A program made the translations under genes and the position numbers. This document shows, piece by piece, positions 58,404 through 64,000 of a DNA stretch of 64,000 nucleotides (positions are counted from its first letter, which is position 1; each line of letters opens with the position of its first letter). The notes below the pieces were generated by a model, which searched no databases, was not told the origin of the DNA, and was given only the letters and a program-made list of their open reading frames with translations. This DNA comes from a virus: IMG/VR virus record IMGVR_UViG_3300020724_000005; one strand, written 5' to 3'.

Positions 58404-60800
58404 ATGGGAACTTTTTCTACAAAACTCAATATATTCACCAACAACACGCTTCCTGTGTCTGTCAGTTCCATAAGATCGAAAGACTTTGGCATCGATGGAA
58501 ACTACAGCGAGTATGGCAGATTGGTGTTGACCAGCGGTGTTTATGAGCCTCTGTCTACCCAAGATTGCGGACCTCACGGAGCCTTTGTGTTTGCACAATC
58601 TCTTCCGTCGAACGATCCTGGTACTGCCATCAAGCTATACGTAAGGCCTGACTTTTACACCTCAGGAAGCGAATATCTCCCTGTTTCACAATCGATTCAA
58701 AGCTTTGCAACCCTATACCCAGGAGACACAGCGATGATCCCGGTCACTCCTCAGCAAAAGGGTCTGATAGCGTCAGTTACACAAGACAACGCTACTCTTG
58801 ACTACTACATAGGAGATCGTGGCGGGGAATTCGGACACAGCGTACATGTGCTAACGACTCAAGGTGAGTTCAGTCCTACATACGAATATTTCGTTATGGA
58901 CGCTCAGCTTGGAGAAACAACTCCGATCGTGGATACTGGGGTATTAATAGGCGATTGGTCTTTTGCATACTCTGGGATAGTCAACAACAAAGGATACGTG
59001 CTTGCTTTTGACAGTGGAAGCTTTCAACAGACTGTTTTTGTGAATACAAGAGGAGAGATAGTGAGCTCGTCTATGCCCGTGATAGATGATGGTACGTTTT
59101 TTGGAGTAGAACCTCTTGATTACTATGGATATGCATATTTTTATCCTATCAGTGGAGGCGTAGAGCTGACATACTTTGACGGAGATAGCACGTATACTCA
59201 CACGTTTACGGGATCTACTAACGTGCATTTGGACAATAACTACGACTCAGTAAACAACGTAGGATGCTTTGTGGCGTATGTCACAGACTACAATGGGGTT
59301 TCAGGAGACTATGCAACCGTGTTGATAAACAAAGATAAAGCGTATGTGTTAAACATATTGAACTCTTCTACGAATCAATATGCTCAGAGCTACGTTTACA
59401 ACTACGCTGGATTTGTTTTCTTATCTACGTATGATAGCGTTGCAATGACATACCAGACAATACAGTTCTGGGACACCAATGGCAATCTGATGAAGAGCAT
59501 AGATGTTTCTTCATACCATTTTGATACGATGGATAGATTCTTCTATGGCACAGGAAAGCTACAACTGGTGCTCCACAACTCTTTGGACACAACTCAGCCT
59601 TTCTACATGATCAACTACGATGAAACTGTAGACGTGTATCAAGGAGATGATCTGACTTGGTGGCATGAGCAAGGAACGAACTTTACAAACTACAATATCT
59701 ATGCAAGAAACAAGAGCGGATTAAATCCTTATCTTGATTCATCTACGGCAAGCTCCTATTATCCAGAATCTGTAGCAATACTGTTCTATACAGGATCTCA
59801 AGACAGCACGTACTTCTTGAACTGGACTGTAAACTACGCAGATGTAACTTATCTGTTCCCAGGATCAACCCACAAAAACCACGTATTTGCTTCAAGTAGT
59901 ATGTCTGGCAGCTTATTGAGAATCCCAAGACAGGAGTCTATGTATCCGACAAGCAATAACATAGTACTGAACTACAACTTAGTAAATTCTGCCTCTGGAG
60001 ATCTAAATGCGCTTGTGATAACAGACGTAGGCGTGAATACTATTCAAGTCATTCCAGATATCAGCGTAGTAAACAACGGATATTACGATATAGCATTCGA
60101 ACCTATCGGAGACTATACGATGTACGGATATTACGTTTCAGGAGACGATCAGACATACTACAAGATGATCACTCCAAACACAGTGGCAGACACGCTGATA
60201 CTGAACGGAAACGAACCGAATTACAGATTTAGATACAACTCTCTGTACATAAGAACTTGGTCTTACGCAAACTACAACTGGTACTTCAACTCTGCTACGA
60301 ACGCATTTAAACAGATAGACACGTTCTACAGCAGAAGATACTTTACTTATGGATTTGGAGAATCTGGAATAAACAACGGCGCGATGCTGCTGGTTAAACC
60401 TGATTACTATGCCCCTACTGGAAGCATCACAGGAAGAGTGTTGACTTCTAACTCCATAACAGACGAGGTGACTTTTCCGTATGCTCCCTATGGATCTTGG
60501 GAATTTTATATGGGAAGCGAATCGGTGGTTTACATATACACAGATCAACCTGATTACGTGAACTCCGAGCTGCACATCTTTGTATACGATCTCAATCTCA
60601 ATCTGAAGAAGACAGTATCAAGCTCACTTGCTCCTATGGGAATGGGCGCAATAGATGTGGTAAACGATAGAATATTCTTAACTTTTGAAAATGGGATCGG
60701 AGAACAGGTGTACTACATGATCACTCAAACCACAGTACAAAGAAAAGTCATCGATTCGAGTACAGTCATAACCGTAGACGACGGGGTTTGGGAATCATAA
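58404..60800 (+). CDS. Large structural protein (fibre/baseplate-associated)
   Basis: 798-aa ORF. Its N-domain is paralogous to the preceding gene (SLPSND..IKLYVR...LYPGDTAMIPV...ATLDYYIGDRG). Confidence 0.65.
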   Translation: MGTFSTKLNIFTNNTLPVSVSSIRSKDFGIDGNYSEYGRLVLTSGVYEPLSTQDCGPHGAFVFAQSLPSNDPGTAIKLYVRPDFYTSGSEYLPVSQSIQSFATLYPGDTAMIPVTPQQKGLIASVTQDNATLDYYIGDRGGEFGHSVHVLTTQGEFSPTYEYFVMDAQLGETTPIVDTGVLIGDWSFAYSGIVNNKGYVLAFDSGSFQQTVFVNTRGEIVSSSMPVIDDGTFFGVEPLDYYGYAYFYPISGGVELTYFDGDSTYTHTFTGSTNVHLDNNYDSVNNVGCFVAYVTDYNGVSGDYATVLINKDKAYVLNILNSSTNQYAQSYVYNYAGFVFLSTYDSVAMTYQTIQFWDTNGNLMKSIDVSSYHFDTMDRFFYGTGKLQLVLHNSLDTTQPFYMINYDETVDVYQGDDLTWWHEQGTNFTNYNIYARNKSGLNPYLDSSTASSYYPESVAILFYTGSQDSTYFLNWTVNYADVTYLFPGSTHKNHVFASSSMSGSLLRIPRQESMYPTSNNIVLNYNLVNSASGDLNALVITDVGVNTIQVIPDISVVNNGYYDIAFEPIGDYTMYGYYVSGDDQTYYKMITPNTVADTLILNGNEPNYRFRYNSLYIRTWSYANYNWYFNSATNAFKQIDTFYSRRYFTYGFGESGINNGAMLLVKPDYYAPTGSITGRVLTSNSITDEVTFPYAPYGSWEFYMGSESVVYIYTDQPDYVNSELHIFVYDLNLNLKKTVSSSLAPMGMGAIDVVNDRIFLTFENGIGEQVYYMITQTTVQRKVIDSSTVITVDDGVWES

Positions 60801-60822
60801 TCTAGTTAATAAAACGCAAGAC

Positions 60823-61218
60823 ATGCAATATACAGCAAACATAAACATATTCGACAAGGTACTGGTAAACTCAACTACTTCTAGCCTGTCCCCTTCTCAG
60901 AGCTACGCGATAACTCCGGTTCTCAAACTGTCAACGGACATCGTATCTTCTGGATATATGACTTTCGATGCTCTCAAAGCAAAGATGAGAGACCTAGCAT
61001 ACATACCATCAGGTTCTGTATTCGAAGAAGAGATCTTGAAGCTGACAGACGCACCAAAGTCGTTGGTCTACTCTGGCTCTATGGTGGTCGAATACACTAA
61101 TCCATACTACAGCGCAACACTGAGAGCGTACAGTGGATCTGTCTCTGTCGACCCTGAACCAACCAGCTCTGTTGCTCCTATCACTAAGACCAGATCTAAG
61201 AAGTCAGGTTCAGTATAA
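60823..61218 (+). CDS. Hypothetical structural-module protein
   Basis: 131-aa ATG ORF, the last gene of the plus block. Confidence 0.55.
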   Translation: MQYTANINIFDKVLVNSTTSSLSPSQSYAITPVLKLSTDIVSSGYMTFDALKAKMRDLAYIPSGSVFEEEILKLTDAPKSLVYSGSMVVEYTNPYYSATLRAYSGSVSVDPEPTSSVAPITKTRSKKSGSV

Positions 61219-61298
61219 CCTCTAGAACCACCATAGAAGCTTCCCAGATGCTCAAGGTTTGATTTTGACGTCGTTTTGATATAGAACATAGACCACAC

Positions 61299-61323
61299 AA
61301 AAAAAGAGCCCTAAATGAGCTCT
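61299..61323 (-). terminator. Rho-independent terminator after the glycosylase gene
   Basis: Minus strand reads AGAGCTC-ATTTA-GGGCTCT (7-bp stem including one G.U) followed by T7. It lies 20 nt past the stop at 61343, in the convergent gap. Confidence 0.6.
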
Positions 61324-61342
61324 AATTCAATATTGCAGTTTT

Positions 61343-61786
61343 TCATATCTGACTTCGTGCCCACTCGCAAAAAGGTCTAAGCACCTTGTCTCCTGGTTCA
61401 AAATCGTACTCGTATAGCTGGAATATCCTCCAAGAATCTAGAGCGTATTCTCCTACGCCTTTCAGCTTTTTCAACACGTCTATGGGGACTTTCGTGAGGT
61501 CTCTGTGCTGCGACTTTATCTCTGTCCACTGTCTCGAGAACTCTATCCACGACTTTGCCCTTCTGTTGTAGAATCCCAAGGGCTTTATCAGCTGCGCTAT
61601 CTCTTGCGGATCTGCCTGAGAAAGAGACTCTGAGTCTGGCCACCTTCTAAAGAACTCGTGCCGGATCTGATCCATCTGTTTGTGGCTGGTCTGGTTGAGC
61701 ATCATGCAAGCCAAGAGCATCTTCCAAGGATCGTCTCTGTACTCTTCTTGTCTCGTGTTTAGCGGGGATGTGCGTAACCTTTTCAT
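61343..61786 (-). CDS. HhH-GPD DNA glycosylase, MBD4-glycosylase-domain-like
   Basis: DPWKMLLACMMLNQTSHKQ...IAQLIKPLGFYNRRAKSWIEFSRQW...LKGVGEYALDSWRIF parallels the human MBD4 blocks DPWKLLIATIFLNRTSGKM...[22 protein letters not shown]...LHGIGKYGNDSYRIF (from memory). Confidence 0.75.
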   Translation of the reverse strand: MKRLRTSPLNTRQEEYRDDPWKMLLACMMLNQTSHKQMDQIRHEFFRRWPDSESLSQADPQEIAQLIKPLGFYNRRAKSWIEFSRQWTEIKSQHRDLTKVPIDVLKKLKGVGEYALDSWRIFQLYEYDFEPGDKVLRPFCEWARSQI

Positions 61787-61804
61787 TTCGTAACCATTTA
61801 GATC

Positions 61805-61840
61805 GAAAAAGGGACGTTGGAAGCGCCCCTTTTCTTTTTA
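61805..61840 (-). terminator. Rho-independent terminator after 61864..62412
   Basis: Minus strand reads GGGGCG-cttccaa-CGTCCC (6 bp including one G.U) followed by TTTTT. The plus-strand version has an A.C mismatch. Confidence 0.6.
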
Positions 61841-61863
61841 TAGTGTGTCAAACTTCAAACTTA

Positions 61864-62412
61864 TCAGTAGAGATCTTCGTCTTCTTCGTCGTCTCCGTAA
61901 AGAAGATCGTGGATGTCTTTGTCAGGGTTCAAGCCTTTTATCGCTTTTGCCCCCTTCTTGGCCTGCTTCATCGCCATCGAGGCCATCTTCTCGTCTTCGT
62001 CTTCTTCAGGTTCAGTTATCTTGGCTTTCATCACTTTGTCAGTTATCAGCTCTCTAACCTCTTCCGGTATCATCTTCCAGCCCATGTATGCATAGTCAGC
62101 AAGGCCCTCTTCTGAGAAATCTTCTGAGTCTAAAATTTCTTCTTTTTCTTCTACTGATATCAAGTCCCACTTTTTAGAGATTTCCATTTCTGTATTTTCA
62201 TACATGTCTTCAACTTCATCCATCTCCTCCTCTTCTCTCATGATGCCATTGATAGCCTGAAGATCCATCATCCCCATGAGTCCTTCGTTGAGTCCTGTCT
62301 TGGATTTTGGTCTTGAAGATTTGAAAGAGACCCTCTCTGCCCCTTTAGCTCCTGTGTAAGGTCCTTGCTTCTGCTCACGCATCCAGCCCTGTAAATCAAA
62401 ATTATCTGCCAT
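61864..62412 (-). CDS. Highly acidic protein
   Basis: The track start (62454) is a TTG. The ATG at 62410-62412 gives MADNFDLQGW.... Long E/D tracts and a C-terminal DDEEDEDLY. A promoter-like motif lies 15 nt upstream. Confidence 0.65.
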   Translation of the reverse strand: MADNFDLQGWMREQKQGPYTGAKGAERVSFKSSRPKSKTGLNEGLMGMMDLQAINGIMREEEEMDEVEDMYENTEMEISKKWDLISVEEKEEILDSEDFSEEGLADYAYMGWKMIPEEVRELITDKVMKAKITEPEEDEDEKMASMAMKQAKKGAKAIKGLNPDKDIHDLLYGDDEEDEDLY

Positions 62413-62427
62413 GTCGTTTGTTTTTGT

Positions 62428-62436
62428 TATAAATAT
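62428..62436 (-). promoter_or_regulatory. Promoter-like motif ATATTTATA
   Basis: 15 nt upstream of the ATG at 62412. Confidence 0.5.
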
Positions 62437-62443
62437 ACAAGAA

Positions 62444-62683
62444 TTATGCTTCAATGACTTCTGTGCTGACCATTTCGAACTCGATCTCCTCGATCTTTTT
62501 ACAGAAGAAGAACCTGGAGTCGTTTTTCAAGGCAACATCAGCACCAAGATGCCCTTTCCAACTGCCAAATAGTTCCTGTTTCAAAAGCTTTTCGTCATTG
62601 TAAAAGTACTCGATCCCGAAAGTCTCTATCACCTCGTACAGATCGTCTTTCTGTCTAAGGAGTTTTCTGTGCGCTGTGATCAT
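62444..62683 (-). CDS. Hypothetical small protein
   Basis: 79-aa ATG ORF. Confidence 0.55.
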   Translation of the reverse strand: MITAHRKLLRQKDDLYEVIETFGIEYFYNDEKLLKQELFGSWKGHLGADVALKNDSRFFFCKKIEEIEFEMVSTEVIEA

Positions 62684-62871
62684 GCTCCTACCTTGTTTAT
62701 CATGTGGCTGGAATCGACATAATGGAGCTTGCCAGTTTCTAGCTCTATCGTGTAGACGTCTTCGTACTCGTCTTGGTGCAGAACGTTTTTCGTATCCTTT
62801 ACGACGCCTATCTTTACTGTGCCTTTTTGAGTGGAGAACATCACAGTGTCTCCGATGTTGTATGTGATCAT
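62680..62871 (-). CDS. Hypothetical small protein
   Basis: 63-aa ATG ORF with a 4-nt overlap with the downstream gene. Confidence 0.5.
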   Translation of the reverse strand: MITYNIGDTVMFSTQKGTVKIGVVKDTKNVLHQDEYEDVYTIELETGKLHYVDSSHMINKVGA

Positions 62872-62891
62872 GTGTTGTGAATTTTAAAGTT

Positions 62892-63065
62892 TTAGTTCAT
62901 ATAGCCACCCTCATGAAGTCTTATGTATGCTTCACAATCTGCAAGTGAGCCTATTATTAAAGCTGAGCCAAGTTCTCCATTTACCATGCCAGATTCATCT
63001 TCTTCTACTTTAAAAACGGCATAATTACCATCTTGCCAATATTGTACTTTGTATTTCTTTTCCAT
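62892..63065 (-). CDS. Hypothetical small protein
   Basis: The track start is a TTG. The ATG at 63063-63065 gives MEKKYKVQYW... (57 aa), 1 nt after the upstream stop. Confidence 0.45.
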   Translation of the reverse strand: MEKKYKVQYWQDGNYAVFKVEEDESGMVNGELGSALIIGSLADCEAYIRLHEGGYMN

Positions 63066-63066
63066 G

Positions 63067-63597
63067 TTATTCAAAGTTTGGGTCGTTTATGATGATGTCG
63101 TAATTCTCAAAATCTTCAAAGTCTTTTCTGTCTGCTTCAAGCCTTCTGTCAACCGTATCCGCGTCAGATCTCAGCGCAAGCCTTTCTCTTCTGACATCCT
63201 CTGTAATATCAAAGCATACCACCAAAGATTCTTTCCTGTCCTCCTCTGACATGTGAGCAAGACCAGACGGTGTCATGATGAATATGCAACCTTTTGTCTT
63301 CATCTGGGCATTAGACGTGCCGTATTGCCATCCGTTGAAAGAGACGTGTTCGTAGAAGAAGTTCATCTTGACCAGATCTTGAAACTTGTACTCTGGGATG
63401 AAATAATAGTCTTTTCCGTGGACTTCACCCGCCCTCATAGGCCTGGTTGTGTAAGAGATCTGGTAGGGATATCCTCTTTCTTCAAGGATCTTTCTCGCAT
63501 GATCTTTTCCAGAAGCCGCTTTACCTATCAAGACGATCCTCTTCTTGTCTTCGGCATCAAACAGAGAGATGAGATGATCTATGTTTTTTATGACCAT
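63067..63597 (-). CDS. Guanylate-kinase-like (d)NMP kinase
   Basis: P-loop LIGKAASGKD. ISYTTRPMRAGEVHGKDYYFI and WQYGTS match the Gmk signature S.TTR..R.GE..G.DY.F ... YGT. Confidence 0.75.
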   Translation of the reverse strand: MVIKNIDHLISLFDAEDKKRIVLIGKAASGKDHARKILEERGYPYQISYTTRPMRAGEVHGKDYYFIPEYKFQDLVKMNFFYEHVSFNGWQYGTSNAQMKTKGCIFIMTPSGLAHMSEEDRKESLVVCFDITEDVRRERLALRSDADTVDRRLEADRKDFEDFENYDIIINDPNFE

Positions 63598-63598
63598 G

Positions 63599-63763
63599 CT
63601 ATTCTCCGATTATTTCCGTGACGAATTCTGTTCTTTCCATCTCCCTGTCGATGAGTTCTAAGCACACCCGTCTTACATCCTCGGAAGTAAATGAGCTCTT
63701 TTCAAAGCACAGGGAGTGGAATGTCTTTTCTACCAGCTCTTTTGCCGCTTGTTCTCTTGTCAT
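63599..63763 (-). CDS. Hypothetical small protein
   Basis: The track start (63910) is a GTG and overlaps another frame. The first ATG at 63761-63763 gives MTREQAAKELVEK... (54 aa). Confidence 0.4.
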   Translation of the reverse strand: MTREQAAKELVEKTFHSLCFEKSSFTSEDVRRVCLELIDREMERTEFVTEIIGE

Positions 63764-63813
63764 AACGTTGTTTTTATAAAAGTAATTGGAAATGTCTACC
63801 TGGAGAAATCTAA

Positions 63814-64000
63814 CTATAGAGTAGAACAGTAATATACGCTGTCTTGTGACCTCATGAACTCGCGATTTTCTTTTATCACTCGAAGGATCCTCTTTTTGTA
63901 AGTCCCGCACTCGGAGTATCTCTTACCGATGAATGCCATATATTGAGATCTTGTAAGTGGCTTCTTTTCAAGTATGCTTTTTTGGTATAGCAAGTAGTCT
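63814..64000 (-). CDS. C-terminal end of an ORF entering from beyond the window
   Basis: Hand translation ...DYLLYQKSILEKKPLTRSQYMAFIGKRYSECGTYKKRILRVIKENREFMRSQDSVYYCSTL* is open from base 64000 down to the TAG at 63814-63816. Confidence 0.4.
   Translation of the reverse strand, partial: DYLLYQKSILEKKPLTRSQYMAFIGKRYSECGTYKKRILRVIKENREFMRSQDSVYYCSTL

Noticed and set aside
58107-58598. 163-aa minus ORF, plus 58944..59228, 59743..59928 and 60138..60575 (-).
   Set aside because: They are antisense to long plus-strand structural genes. They span an intergenic gap, have Arg/Cys/Ser-rich compositions and lack the promoter-like motif.
61305-61323. The hairpin in the convergent gap acting as a plus-strand terminator for 60823..61218.
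   Set aside because: On the plus strand no U-run follows the stem. The T7 run is only on the minus-strand side, so it is called as the terminator of the glycosylase gene.

Overview
This window is a 64-kb segment of a large, AT-rich tailed-phage genome with a T4-type morphogenesis core. No rRNA, tRNA, CRISPR array or cellular housekeeping gene was seen.

Layout, three transcription blocks:
- (i) 1-38410, minus strand. In transcription order: DnaG-type primase, a fused Mre11-Rad50 nuclease, about 25 small accessory genes including a lysis cassette, a fractured terminase large subunit, an intein-containing portal, prohead core proteins, gp21-like protease, acidic scaffold, gp23-like major capsid protein plus a strong terminator, PhoH, and virion/fibre genes.
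- (ii) 38624-61218, plus strand. Glutaredoxin-like protein, HD hydrolase, gp55/ECF-like sigma factor, gp5-like spike, gp25-like and gp6-like baseplate proteins, an 1835-aa giant structural protein, and further structural paralogs.
- (iii) 61343-64000, minus strand. MBD4-like DNA glycosylase, an acidic protein, small ORFs and a guanylate-kinase-like protein.

Host inference: start codons are preceded by A-rich leaders without Shine-Dalgarno sequences, and the signal peptides end in ...SSAQ or ...YCQ. This suggests (inference only) a Bacteroidota/Flavobacteriia-type host.

Most notable observations:
- terL is a 'fractured gene'. Its Walker-B DE|C site is interrupted by an atypically split intein (34-aa IntN, 106-aa IntC), with a free-standing nuclease ORF between the halves.
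- The portal gene carries a 432-aa intein with an HNH/NUMOD-type endonuclease.
- At least five accessory ORFs share a 10-aa N-terminal peptide, MIKLIDILKE. It resembles the T4 internal-protein capsid-targeting sequence and its L-x-E protease site.
- A strand-consistent 9-mer, ATATTTATA, sits 3-22 nt upstream of most of the start codons it precedes (about 20 copies; three lie ~100 nt upstream) and is a candidate phage promoter.
- Also present: a single-polypeptide Mre11-Rad50, a 5x Cys-rich repeat block in the giant structural protein, a structural paralog split by one in-frame TAA, a signal-peptide-bearing Serratia-type nuclease inside the lysis cassette, and an MBD4-like glycosylase.

All functional calls rest on motif recognition by eye. 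No database search was run.
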